A program made the position numbers and the translations under genes. This document shows positions 1 through 8,572 of a stretch of 32,000 nucleotides of DNA, one piece after another. Location of the stretch: contig NZ_CP034549.1 of assembly GCF_003966335.1 (NCBI RefSeq), positions 1,500,001-1,532,000 on the forward strand. The letters are read 5' to 3'. The stretch comes from Nonlabens ponticola. GTDB lineage: Bacteria > Bacteroidota > Bacteroidia > Flavobacteriales > Flavobacteriaceae. Position 1 is the first letter of the stretch. Each line of letters begins with the position of its first letter. The notes beneath the pieces are model-generated. The model was not told the origin of the DNA and searched no databases. It was given only the letters and a program-made list of their open reading frames with translations.

Positions 1-5
1 CAGCG

Positions 6-605
6 ATGACGGCAGATTATAAGCTGCTTACTCTTAAGAATATCAGGCAAGATTCCTATGGTTATGACGCGAGTGCGTCCTATGTTTTTGGCGATCAGCG
101 CATGGATCGAGTGGATAGGGATTACCTCTACCATTTACCGTATAAGCGATCTGTCGCATACCGTGTCTCACAAGGCAACAATGGTCGCAGTACGCATCGT
201 GGCAAGAATGCCATCGATTTTAGTATGCCTATAGGTACGCCTGTTCATGCGGCTCGATCTGGTATTGTCGTGCAGGTAAAGCAAGATGGCAGTATAGGTT
301 GCGCCAGGTCAAAATGTCTAGAGTACGGTAACTACATACGCATTCTACATGAGGACTGTACGATTGCAGAATATACGCACCTCAAGGTGAATGGATCTGT
401 CGTACAAAAAGGTGATCATGTTGAGCAGGATCAGCACATAGGATATAGCGGCAACACAGGCTGGACAACTGGACCGCACCTTCATTTTACAGTATATCAG
501 CCGCGCAAGGGTAAATCGCCACAGTCCATTCCCGTAAAATTTGTCGTTGGTCGCAATCAGGTAACCAGCAACTTGCAGGAAAACAGATACTACCGTAAAC
601 CATAA
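6..605 (+). CDS. M23 family metallopeptidase (LytM-like peptidoglycan endopeptidase). The frame is open to the window edge, so the true start may lie upstream.
   Basis: 199-aa ORF with M23 core segments AIDFSMPIGTPVHAARSGIV and GNTGWTTGPHLHF. There is no signal peptide on the model starting at 6, and no in-frame stop between position 3 and 6. Confidence 0.85.
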   Translation: MTADYKLLTLKNIRQDSYGYDASASYVFGDQRMDRVDRDYLYHLPYKRSVAYRVSQGNNGRSTHRGKNAIDFSMPIGTPVHAARSGIVVQVKQDGSIGCARSKCLEYGNYIRILHEDCTIAEYTHLKVNGSVVQKGDHVEQDQHIGYSGNTGWTTGPHLHFTVYQPRKGKSPQSIPVKFVVGRNQVTSNLQENRYYRKP

Positions 606-632
606 GCTTTGCAGGCGGTTTTTTTTGAGTCA

Positions 633-646
633 GCTTTCGCGAAAGC
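633..646. repeat. 14-bp perfect palindrome GCTTTCGCGAAAGC, copy 1 (intergenic, between the M23 peptidase stop and the carboxyltransferase start)
   Basis: Exact match read directly from the sequence; preceded by a T8 run. Confidence 0.95.
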
Positions 647-681
647 GTAACAACCACACACATTCTAACACGCAAAATCGC

Positions 682-689
682 TATTTTTG
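682..689 (+). promoter_or_regulatory. Candidate Bacteroidota -7 box TATTTTTG for the carboxyltransferase gene
   Basis: Matches the TAnnTTTG consensus, 16 nt upstream of ATG 706. Confidence 0.4.
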
Positions 690-705
690 AGCAAAGACAT
701 TTTGC

Positions 706-2334
706 ATGGACCTAGACTTCAATAAGAACGAAGATCACAATAAATTACTACTGTCAGATTTGCGACGCAGATTTGCCAAAGTTGCCCTAGGCGGTGGCGA
801 GAAACGCATTGAAAAACATCATGCCAAAGGAAAAATGACGGCTCGCGAGCGCATCGATTACCTGCTGGATGATGCAGATAAAGCGGTTGAGATAGGTGCT
901 TTTGCAGGTGACGGTATGTACGCAGAACACGGCGGTTGCCCTAGTGGTGGTGTGGTGGTTAAGATAGGTCACGTGAGTGGAAAGCAGGTGATCGTTGTGG
1001 CAAATGATGCCACGGTAAAAGCTGGTGCCTGGTTCCCGATTACTGGAAAAAAGAACCTACGCGCACAGGAAATCTCAATGGAAAATAGGTTGCCCATCAT
1101 CTATCTAGTGGATAGTGCTGGTGTGTATTTGCCTATGCAGGATGAGATTTTTCCTGACAAGGAACATTTTGGCCGCATCTTTAGAAACAACGCCGTCATG
1201 AGTAGCATGGGAATCACCCAGATCGCTGCTGTCATGGGTAGTTGTGTGGCTGGTGGCGCTTACCTGCCTATAATGAGTGATGAGGCCATGATCGTTGATA
1301 AAACAGGAAGTATTTTTCTTGCTGGTAGTTATCTGGTGAAAGCTGCCATAGGCGAGAGTATTGATAATGAAACGTTGGGTGGTGCGACCACGCACTGCGA
1401 GATAAGTGGTGTGACCGATTATAAAGCCAAGGACGATAAAGATGCCCTTGATCGCATCAAGAGTGTGATGGGTAAGATTGGTGATTTTGATAAGGCTGGT
1501 TACAACAAAGTAAAAGCTGTCAAACCTGCCAAGGACCCTAAAGAATTATACGGTGTGCTGCCGCGACAGCGTAGCGCACAATACAACATGATGGAAATCA
1601 TTGAGCGCGTGATTGATGCCGACTCTTTTGATGAATATAAGGAAGGATACGGCCAGACCATCATAACAGGATATGCGCGTGTCGATGGTTGGGCAGTTGG
1701 TATCGTTGCCAATCAGCGTCAAGTGGTGAAGACTAAAAAAGGCGAGATGCAATTTGGCGGTGTGATCTACAGTGATAGTGCCGATAAATCTACCCGATTT
1801 ATCGCTAACTGTAATCAGAAGAAGATACCGCTGGTATTTTTACAGGATGTTACAGGTTTTATGGTAGGATCAAAATCAGAACATGGTGGTATCATAAAAG
1901 ACGGTGCCAAGATGGTAAACGCCGTTTCTAACAGTGTGGTTCCTAAATTCACGATTGTGATAGGTAACAGCTACGGTGCCGGAAATTATGCGATGTGCGG
2001 TAAGGCCTACGATCCACGATTGATCGTCGCATGGCCTAGTGCAGAACTTGCCGTAATGAGTGGAAACAGTGCTGCCAAAGTATTGATGCAGATAGAAAAA
2101 GCATCGCTAGAAAAGTCAGGTAAGAAACTGACTGAGGAAGAAGAAAAAGAACTCTTTGCCAAAACTAAAGATCGCTACGACGAGCAAGTGTCACCATACT
2201 ACGCAGCAGCAAGAATTTGGACAGATGCTATCATCGACCCAATGGATACTAGAAAATGGATTTCCACAGGAATCGAGGCTGCCAATCACGCACCGATCAC
2301 CAAGGATTTCAATATGGGTGTGTTGCAGACTTGA
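706..2334 (+). CDS. Acyl-CoA carboxylase carboxyltransferase (beta) subunit, methylcrotonyl-CoA or propionyl-CoA carboxylase type
   Basis: 542-aa ORF. The length and motifs are typical of the carboxyl_trans family (KGKMTARERIDYLLD, VVANDATVKAGAWFP, SCVAGGAYLPIMSD, FLQDVTGFMVGS, GNSYGAGNYAMCG). Substrate specificity cannot be fixed from sequence reading alone. Confidence 0.9.
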   Translation: MDLDFNKNEDHNKLLLSDLRRRFAKVALGGGEKRIEKHHAKGKMTARERIDYLLDDADKAVEIGAFAGDGMYAEHGGCPSGGVVVKIGHVSGKQVIVVANDATVKAGAWFPITGKKNLRAQEISMENRLPIIYLVDSAGVYLPMQDEIFPDKEHFGRIFRNNAVMSSMGITQIAAVMGSCVAGGAYLPIMSDEAMIVDKTGSIFLAGSYLVKAAIGESIDNETLGGATTHCEISGVTDYKAKDDKDALDRIKSVMGKIGDFDKAGYNKVKAVKPAKDPKELYGVLPRQRSAQYNMMEIIERVIDADSFDEYKEGYGQTIITGYARVDGWAVGIVANQRQVVKTKKGEMQFGGVIYSDSADKSTRFIANCNQKKIPLVFLQDVTGFMVGSKSEHGGIIKDGAKMVNAVSNSVVPKFTIVIGNSYGAGNYAMCGKAYDPRLIVAWPSAELAVMSGNSAAKVLMQIEKASLEKSGKKLTEEEEKELFAKTKDRYDEQVSPYYAAARIWTDAIIDPMDTRKWISTGIEAANHAPITKDFNMGVLQT

Positions 2335-2509
2335 TAAGTGCTACGAAATCTTGATCAGCTTGAGATCAGATAAGTTTTTGAGCAATTTTAAAATAACATA
2401 GATCTGATTAATTTCAATTTAGCATCGCCACTGTTAGCTGCTTTTAGCCGAATAAATAGAGAGTAGGTGGTTTAACCTATTTCTAGGACTTTGCGATTAA
2501 AACCATACA

Positions 2510-2517
2510 TAAATTTG
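2510..2517 (+). promoter_or_regulatory. Candidate -7 box TAAATTTG for the MscS-like gene
   Basis: Matches TAnnTTTG only 4 nt upstream of ATG 2522, which implies a leaderless or near-leaderless mRNA. Confidence 0.35.
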
Positions 2518-2521
2518 AAGC

Positions 2522-4273
2522 ATGGTAATCAGGATTCAGATTTTAGTGTTTTTAATCACTTTAGGTGGAGTATTCAGTTCAGCCCAACAAGATTCGACAC
2601 AGCTTAAAAACCCTAAGAAGGAAATACGTTTCCCATTAGAGAATGATACGATTCCAGAAAATGGATCTTATCCGCCTAGTCCCTTAGGAGAATACAATAA
2701 GGCATATTATGCTATGGATGAGTTCAATACCAATATTGGTATGCCTCCTACGGATATTAATCTACAAACACCGCAGTCGGTTCTTGAGCATTTTGTAAAA
2801 GAGAGCAGGTCAGAAAACTTCAAGAGTGCAGCCTATGCTCTCAATCTCAATTTATTTCCTAACGATGTAACTATTGATGAAGCGGCTGAGCTTGCTGAAA
2901 AATTTTATTTTGTACTCAATAAAAAGCTAGCAATCGATTGGCAATCTTTACCCGATCGACCAGATGGACAAGTAGATATTACTACTAATACTAATAAATC
3001 AGTCGCAGGTGTTCCTAGGCGTAGTATTGATTTTGGAAAGCTAGACCTTGATGGTCGTGAGGTGGTCTTGCGTGTTCAACGAGTTAAGGTAAAAGATGGT
3101 GGGCCGTTTTGGGTTATTTCTGCAAACACTGTTGAAAATATTGAGCCGCTTTACGTTTTATACGGCCCTAGAAAGCTTGATCGAATGATGCCTAAATGGT
3201 CTCGAGCAAATGTCCTAGGTGTTCCATGGTGGAAGCTCATCGGAACATTCGTACTTCTTGTTTTATCTATAGTCGCTGGAAAATTAGCCAGCGCAACCGT
3301 TGAGAAGATTTTCAAGAATTCCAATAGGCGCTGGATGAACATGATCGCACATAAGTTAGCATCACCATCAGGTTTTGCTGCTGGTGTTTTAGTCTTTTAT
3401 TTGACTCTAGAGAATTTAGTATCCTTTGGTGGACCATTTGCTCGATTTATTTATAGTGTTTTACTTATCGCTTTAATTGGCTCGATTGGATGGTTTATTA
3501 TGCGAGTAGTCAATGGATTGATGATCTATTTTGCAGAACGCAGTTTAGGTGATGATACGCTAGAAGAAAATCCAGAGTACCGTAAGATGATGACCTACAT
3601 CTCTGTAGCCAGGCGTTTGATCACATTGATCATCATTTTTATCGGTTTGTCCATTATAGCTTCTCAATTTCCATCTTTAGAGCGATTGGGTATCTCGTTG
3701 ATGGCTTCTGCAGGTTTGGTGTCTATTGTGTTGGGTGTGGCAGCACAAGATACTTTAGGTAATATTTTGGCTGGTATCCAAATAGCACTAACCAGCCCTG
3801 CTAAAATAGGAGATACAATTCTCATAGAAGATGAATTAGGCATTGTTGAGGACATCACTTTTACTTATGTAGTGGTACGCACTTGGGATCAAAAACGATT
3901 AGTCATTCCTTGTAAAGAGGTAGTTTCCCAAATGTTTGAGAATTGGTCTATGACAAACTCTCATATCACTAAACCTATAGAACTTTATGTGGATTACACC
4001 ACAGATGTGCAGATGATTAGGGATAAGTTTGATGAACTCCTGCGTGAATCTGAGGATTGGGATGAGAAAAACGATCCTGTTGTTGAGGTAGTCGATATGA
4101 CAGAGAAATCTATGAAGATAAGAGCACTATGCAGTGCCAAAAATCCTGCTGTTGCTTGGGATCTACATTGTAAACTCAAAGAAGAGTTAGTGGCTTACAT
4201 AGCACAACTTGAAAAGGGTAAATATCTAACTAAGGTAAGAGAGATAGATACTGTACATCAAGAAGAAGAATAG
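2522..4273 (+). CDS. Mechanosensitive ion channel family protein (MscS-like) with a large N-terminal extracytoplasmic domain
   Basis: 583-aa ORF with a signal peptide, several TM helices, and the MscS pore/beta-domain signature GNILAGIQIALTSPAKIGDTILIEDELGIVEDITFTYVVVRTWDQKRLVIP. Confidence 0.85.
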   Translation: MVIRIQILVFLITLGGVFSSAQQDSTQLKNPKKEIRFPLENDTIPENGSYPPSPLGEYNKAYYAMDEFNTNIGMPPTDINLQTPQSVLEHFVKESRSENFKSAAYALNLNLFPNDVTIDEAAELAEKFYFVLNKKLAIDWQSLPDRPDGQVDITTNTNKSVAGVPRRSIDFGKLDLDGREVVLRVQRVKVKDGGPFWVISANTVENIEPLYVLYGPRKLDRMMPKWSRANVLGVPWWKLIGTFVLLVLSIVAGKLASATVEKIFKNSNRRWMNMIAHKLASPSGFAAGVLVFYLTLENLVSFGGPFARFIYSVLLIALIGSIGWFIMRVVNGLMIYFAERSLGDDTLEENPEYRKMMTYISVARRLITLIIIFIGLSIIASQFPSLERLGISLMASAGLVSIVLGVAAQDTLGNILAGIQIALTSPAKIGDTILIEDELGIVEDITFTYVVVRTWDQKRLVIPCKEVVSQMFENWSMTNSHITKPIELYVDYTTDVQMIRDKFDELLRESEDWDEKNDPVVEVVDMTEKSMKIRALCSAKNPAVAWDLHCKLKEELVAYIAQLEKGKYLTKVREIDTVHQEEE

Positions 4274-4274
4274 T

Positions 4275-5087
4275 TTAGTCAAGCAATGCTTCCATAGCCT
4301 GCTGCAACTCAAATGCTTCAGCCCTTGCGGCATCTTCAAAATCTTCTTCCTGTGATGCATATAGAATACCACGTGAAGAATTGACTAATAATCCTACTCG
4401 ATCATTAGCTCCGTATTTGTAGACCTCTTCAAGGCTGCCGCCTTGAGCGCCTACTCCAGGTACTAGCAAAAATGAATCAGGAACTATCTGGCGTATTTCT
4501 TTCAGATACTCAGCTTTTGTGGCGCCTACGACATACATTAATCGGTCGCTGTTTTTGTATTGAGAGGCCGTTTTGAGTACCTGTTGATAAACCGGCAGTG
4601 CATCTGCAGTCAGTGTTTGATAATCATAGGCTCCAGCATTTGACGTCAAGGCTAGTAGGATGGCATACTTATCTTTAAACGCTAGAAATGGCTCGACGCC
4701 ATCCTTACCCATATAGGGTGCAATGGTGACGCTGTCAAAATTGAGCTGCTCAAAAAAAGCTTTGGCATATCGGGTCGAGGTATTACCTATATCGCCACGT
4801 TTTGCATCTGCGATGGTGAAGTGATCTGGGTAATTCTCGTTGAGGTATTTGATGATTTTCTCAAGCGATTGCCAGCCTTTGACACCGTAAGCTTCAAAAA
4901 AGGCAGTATTAGGCTTGTAGGCCACACACAAGTCGTGGGTGGCGTCAATGATAGCTTTCGCGAAAGCAAAAATAGGATCATCCTCTTGCAATAAATGGGC
5001 TGGAATCTTCTCAAGATCAACGTCTAGACCTACACACAAGAAGGATTTCTTTTTCTGAATCTGATGATATAGTTGATCTAATGTCAT
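4275..5087 (-). CDS. pyrF: Orotidine 5'-phosphate decarboxylase (type 2 PyrF)
   Basis: 270-aa ORF with active-site motifs LCVGLDVD and [12 protein letters not shown], plus GVGAQGG near the C-terminus. Confidence 0.93.
   Translation of the reverse strand: MTLDQLYHQIQKKKSFLCVGLDVDLEKIPAHLLQEDDPIFAFAKAIIDATHDLCVAYKPNTAFFEAYGVKGWQSLEKIIKYLNENYPDHFTIADAKRGDIGNTSTRYAKAFFEQLNFDSVTIAPYMGKDGVEPFLAFKDKYAILLALTSNAGAYDYQTLTADALPVYQQVLKTASQYKNSDRLMYVVGATKAEYLKEIRQIVPDSFLLVPGVGAQGGSLEEVYKYGANDRVGLLVNSSRGILYASQEEDFEDAARAEAFELQQAMEALLD
4954..4967. repeat. 14-bp perfect palindrome GCTTTCGCGAAAGC, copy 2 (inside pyrF, encodes AFAKA)
   Basis: Exact match read directly from the sequence. Confidence 0.95.
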
Positions 5088-5091
5088 AGTA

Positions 5092-5751
5092 TTACTTAGT
5101 CGTTTCTTTATCAGGATCCATCATGTAATTAAGTCTAGCGATATAGTTGGCTACTTGTTCCTTGCTATAGTGAGAATTGCGCTGGAAAAAATCACCTTGC
5201 TTGTTAGCAACTAAAACCATCTCACAACCACGGGCATTCCGAAAGATTTTGTCAACCACATAACGCTCTTGATCATAGAAGTAATCATTGCCAAAAGTTG
5301 AGAAAGCAGGACCGTATTTTGAGTCTTCTTCTACATGCACAATGTAGGCACCGTTAGTAGCCACATTATCATAGAAATTATCCCACCATAATCTGGCTCT
5401 ATCATATCGCTCTTTAACTTTTACAGTGCGTCCATAATTGATATCGCAGTTTTCATCACTGCGATTATAATTAATCACGATAAGGTTTTTGTTCCAGTCA
5501 AAGTTGGTAGTCAGATACTCCATTTGAGCCGCAGTCAAGGTGCCCGCATAATCATATCGCAGATTTTCTTGTGGATTACCCACGACCATCGTATCACTAT
5601 CTGCGGTGATGATAGCTTGTGGTGGTGTGTAACAGCTGGTTATTATTAAGCAAGAACAGATTAAAAATAAGGATATACTTACTTTCCTATGTGAAAAAAT
5701 TAAAGCAAAACCCTGATGTTTCATGAGTCTTTTTAATTTATATTTAATCAT
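5092..5751 (-). CDS. Hypothetical lipoprotein, paralog of the adjacent 5744..6334 gene. A possible alternative start is Met10 at 5724.
   Basis: 219-aa ORF with lipobox LIITSC. The C-terminal segment [33 protein letters not shown] aligns with [33 protein letters not shown] of the neighbour. Tightly packed between that paralog and pyrF. Confidence 0.7.
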   Translation of the reverse strand: MIKYKLKRLMKHQGFALIFSHRKVSISLFLICSCLIITSCYTPPQAIITADSDTMVVGNPQENLRYDYAGTLTAAQMEYLTTNFDWNKNLIVINYNRSDENCDINYGRTVKVKERYDRARLWWDNFYDNVATNGAYIVHVEEDSKYGPAFSTFGNDYFYDQERYVVDKIFRNARGCEMVLVANKQGDFFQRNSHYSKEQVANYIARLNYMMDPDKETTK

Positions 5752-6334
5752 CTTCAGTCAACCAGAGTGAATAATTACTAATTTGTTCTTTAGAGATGTG
5801 CCACCCATCTTGATAATACTCGCCCTTTTGATTTATGACCAATATAGCAATACAGTTATCAGGCTTTGTAAAAAAGTTTTTTTGTAAGTAGTTGTTATAG
5901 TCCGGGTGAAAATCCTTATTAAGTTTATTTGTATTTACACCTATTTGTTCTACTAGATCAACGTGGACCACCTTTTTCGAATCTTGAATTATATAATCAA
6001 AATAAATATTTTCTGTATTCCTGCTTTCTGCTATTCTTTGTTCTGCCGTTGGAAGTTCGGATCTGCGGAAACCGCATATTCTAGGATCATGCATTGCAAA
6101 AATATAAAGCAACTCTTCATCATTCCAATCATAGTATTTCTTCAAAAAATCAATATTCTGAGTATTAAGAAAACCATGTCGCTCATAATCTAACGTCCAA
6201 TCTTCCTTTTGAGAATTTTTATCAACATTATTTGCCCCACAGGAACTGACGATATGCGCCAAAAGGACTGCTAGAAAAATGAATTTACTTAGGCATCTCA
6301 AATCAGACAACCTAGATTTAAATCCCATCCTCAT
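5744..6334 (-). CDS. Hypothetical lipoprotein, paralog of 5092..5751; AT-rich gene
   Basis: 196-aa ORF with signal peptide and lipobox (LAHIVSSC). It shares YDWN and C-terminal SKEQ(V/I)xNY blocks with the neighbour. Its start overlaps the prfA 3' end by 17 nt. Hand counts on three 60-nt lines give about 27-37% G+C. Confidence 0.7.
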   Translation of the reverse strand: MRMGFKSRLSDLRCLSKFIFLAVLLAHIVSSCGANNVDKNSQKEDWTLDYERHGFLNTQNIDFLKKYYDWNDEELLYIFAMHDPRICGFRRSELPTAEQRIAESRNTENIYFDYIIQDSKKVVHVDLVEQIGVNTNKLNKDFHPDYNNYLQKNFFTKPDNCIAILVINQKGEYYQDGWHISKEQISNYSLWLTEDD

Positions 6335-7394
6335 TCATCTTCAACTTTTCTGTATTGTCAACCAGTTGTAACTCGTCAATAATCTTCTGTATATCACCAT
6401 TGATGATATTGTCTAGATCATAAAGTGTCAAATTGATCCTGTGATCTGTAACACGACCTTGTGGATAGTTGTACGTTCTAATTTTGGCACTACGGTCACC
6501 GCTACTTACCATGCTTTTACGTTTCTCGCTATCTGCTTCCATTTTTTTGGCGAGCTCTATTTCATAAAGTCTGGATCTCAAGACCTTAAGTGCTTTTTCA
6601 AGATTTTTGTGTGAGGATTTTTGATCCTGACAACTCACGATCATTCCCGTAGGCTCGTGGTGTAATTTGATGGCAGAGTAGGTGGTGTTCACAGATTGTC
6701 CACCAGGACCAGTTGAGGTAGTACGCTCAATGCGAACCTCGGTCATGTCAAGTTCTACATCAAATTCTTCTGCCTCTGGTAATACCATCACAGTTGCTGC
6801 ACTGGTATGCACGCGACCTTGGGTTTCCGTTTGTGGGACGCGTTGTACGCGGTGCACGCCTGCTTCAAATTTTAATGTTCCATAAACGTCATCTCCGTTT
6901 ACTTCAAGGATGATCTCCTTAAAACCACCGCTAGTACCATGGCTGGTGTCAACGATACTTGTGCTCCAGCCTTTACTGGAACAGTATTTCTCATACATTC
7001 TAAAGAGGTCACCCGCAAAAATACTTGCCTCATCACCACCAGCACCAGCGCGTATTTCCATGACGGCATTTTTGGCATCTTCTGGATCTTTGGGCACCAG
7101 CATCATGCGTATTTCCTCTTCTAGCTTAGGCATAGCTTCTTGAGCTTCCTCCAGCTGCATTTGTGCCATTTCTACCATATCTGGATCGCTGCCATCGGCT
7201 ATGATTTCTTGCGCCTCTTTAAGGTTGTTGTCTATGGTTATATATTCCTCGCGTTTGTCCATTAGGTCTTTCAGGTCTTTATATTCCTTAGTCAACTGGA
7301 CATAACGTTTTTGATCTGATATGATATCTGGCTGTATGATCAAGTCATTTACCTCGTCAAACCTGTTCTTTACTATGTTTAATTTATCTAGCAT
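6318..7394 (-). CDS. prfA: Peptide chain release factor 1
   Basis: 358-aa ORF with GGQ motif ([12 protein letters not shown]), RF1-type tripeptide region [15 protein letters not shown], and typical RF1 length. Confidence 0.95.
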   Translation of the reverse strand: MLDKLNIVKNRFDEVNDLIIQPDIISDQKRYVQLTKEYKDLKDLMDKREEYITIDNNLKEAQEIIADGSDPDMVEMAQMQLEEAQEAMPKLEEEIRMMLVPKDPEDAKNAVMEIRAGAGGDEASIFAGDLFRMYEKYCSSKGWSTSIVDTSHGTSGGFKEIILEVNGDDVYGTLKFEAGVHRVQRVPQTETQGRVHTSAATVMVLPEAEEFDVELDMTEVRIERTTSTGPGGQSVNTTYSAIKLHHEPTGMIVSCQDQKSSHKNLEKALKVLRSRLYEIELAKKMEADSEKRKSMVSSGDRSAKIRTYNYPQGRVTDHRINLTLYDLDNIINGDIQKIIDELQLVDNTEKLKMNEDGI

Positions 7395-7486
7395 CTTCTT
7401 TTCTCAAGTCTTGCGAAAATACGGAAATTGCCTCTCATTTTTTCGGCATAATACTTGGTGATTTGGATCTTTTCAAAACACTGACC

Positions 7487-8089
7487 ATGAAAAAATTCTT
7501 GTTTTCCATTTTTGCAATTTCTGCTTCCATCATGCATGCTCAATTATTTGAAATAGGTGCTGGCGCAGGTACTGGAGCTTATTATATGATTGAAGAAGCA
7601 GATAACAGCGTGATTACGGCCTATGATTCACCAGCATCGATTTATGTAGATGTCAAGTATAATTTTAAAGATCGCATTGATGGCTTGAAGCTCAGGTTTC
7701 AAAATACCAGCGTCAATGTAGTTGGTGAGGATTATCAAACTCAGAGAAGTCTAGACGGTATTGTCGAATCATTCACCACCTCATTGCTGTATGAGCGTCT
7801 ACGAGCAGATAAAATATTCAACATAGGTTATAATGCTGGTATCGGCTACACTTTGCAAGAGTTTATACAGGTTAAAAATGAAAACAATGCAGCGCTAGAA
7901 GATCGATTTATGAGTGTTTCTTTTAATGGAATTTTCTCGTTGCGTCTTCAGGATAAGTTGCGTTTCAATCTAGATACTGGATTGCTGTGGACTGATCCTA
8001 TCAATACATTCAGAGGTTCTGACGACTGGCAAACAGCTGGTGAAGACCTCAGTTTCTTGTCACAGTTAGGCGTATCCTACAGATTTTAA
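7487..8089 (+). CDS. Hypothetical outer-membrane beta-barrel protein
   Basis: The ORF track begins at a TTG at 7463. ATG at 7487 gives a classical signal peptide MKKFLFSIFAISASIMHAQ. Alternating beta-strand pattern and C-terminal aromatic residue (..GVSYRF). Confidence 0.65.
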   Translation: MKKFLFSIFAISASIMHAQLFEIGAGAGTGAYYMIEEADNSVITAYDSPASIYVDVKYNFKDRIDGLKLRFQNTSVNVVGEDYQTQRSLDGIVESFTTSLLYERLRADKIFNIGYNAGIGYTLQEFIQVKNENNAALEDRFMSVSFNGIFSLRLQDKLRFNLDTGLLWTDPINTFRGSDDWQTAGEDLSFLSQLGVSYRF

Positions 8090-8098
8090 ATAGTTGAC

Positions 8099-8572
8099 TT
8101 GATTAAAACAATAGGATTAGGTGGTGGCTGCCACTGGTGTACTGAAGCTGTTTTTAAACGGGTATATGGCGTTAATCACGTGCGTCAAGGTTATATTAAA
8201 AGCGTGTCTCCCGATCATACTTTTAGCGAGGCAATTTTGCTCAAATTTGACGCTCGGGTTGTTTCTCTTGAACGATTGCTGGAAATCCATCTGGCCACGC
8301 ATTCTTCTACATCCATGCACCAGCGCAGGACAGACTATCGCAGTGCTGCCTACTACCTTGACGATGCCACTGGTTTGTTGTTGAGTGATTTGATAGTTAC
8401 GCTTTCGCGAAAGCATCATAAAAAATACATCCTGCAAGTGCTACCTATGGTCGCCTTTAAAGAATCGCGAGAGTCCATTAGAGATTACTATGCAACCAGA
8501 CCAGACGCGCCATTTTGTAAACGCTATATCGAGCCAAAATTAGAAATCGTCAAAGCAATGCAGGATCAATAG
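8099..8572 (+). CDS. Divergent peptide-methionine (S)-S-oxide reductase (MsrA)-like protein
   Basis: 157-aa ORF with a TTG start 10 nt after the preceding stop. N-terminal GLGGGCHWCTEAVF resembles the MsrA GGCFWC catalytic motif, and DYRSAAYY resembles MsrA YRSAIFY. Other canonical MsrA blocks are altered. Confidence 0.6.
   Translation: MIKTIGLGGGCHWCTEAVFKRVYGVNHVRQGYIKSVSPDHTFSEAILLKFDARVVSLERLLEIHLATHSSTSMHQRRTDYRSAAYYLDDATGLLLSDLIVTLSRKHHKKYILQVLPMVAFKESRESIRDYYATRPDAPFCKRYIEPKLEIVKAMQDQ
8401..8414. repeat. 14-bp perfect palindrome GCTTTCGCGAAAGC, copy 3 (inside the MsrA-like ORF, encodes LSRK)
   Basis: Exact match read directly from the sequence. Confidence 0.95.

Noticed and set aside
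606-632. A possible terminator after the M23 peptidase gene, based on the T8 run at 621-628.
   Set aside because: Only a weak 5-bp stem (AAACC/GGTTT) with a 15-nt loop precedes the T-run. The adjacent 14-bp palindrome lies downstream of the T-run, not upstream, so neither forms a canonical intrinsic terminator.
671-689. A shared AAATCG(C)TATTTTTG context upstream of both the carboxyltransferase gene (671-689) and the ABC-F gene (26365-26377), possibly a common regulatory site.
   Set aside because: There are only two instances, the similarity is short (6 nt beyond the -7 box), and the spacing differs by 1 nt. This is not distinguishable from chance without genome-wide data.
841-850. 10-bp palindrome GCTCGCGAGC inside the carboxyltransferase gene, sharing the CGCG core with the iterated repeat.
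   Set aside because: It is a single occurrence with different arms (CTCGCGAG versus TTCGCGAA). It encodes the conserved ARER of the MTARERIDYL block, so it is most simply coincidental.
2335-2521. 187-nt intergenic region upstream of the MscS-like gene, examined for a riboswitch, sRNA or tRNA.
   Set aside because: I could see no conserved riboswitch cores, no tRNA T-loop (GGTTCGAATCC-like), and only short 4-5 bp inverted repeats. I cannot support an RNA gene by eye.
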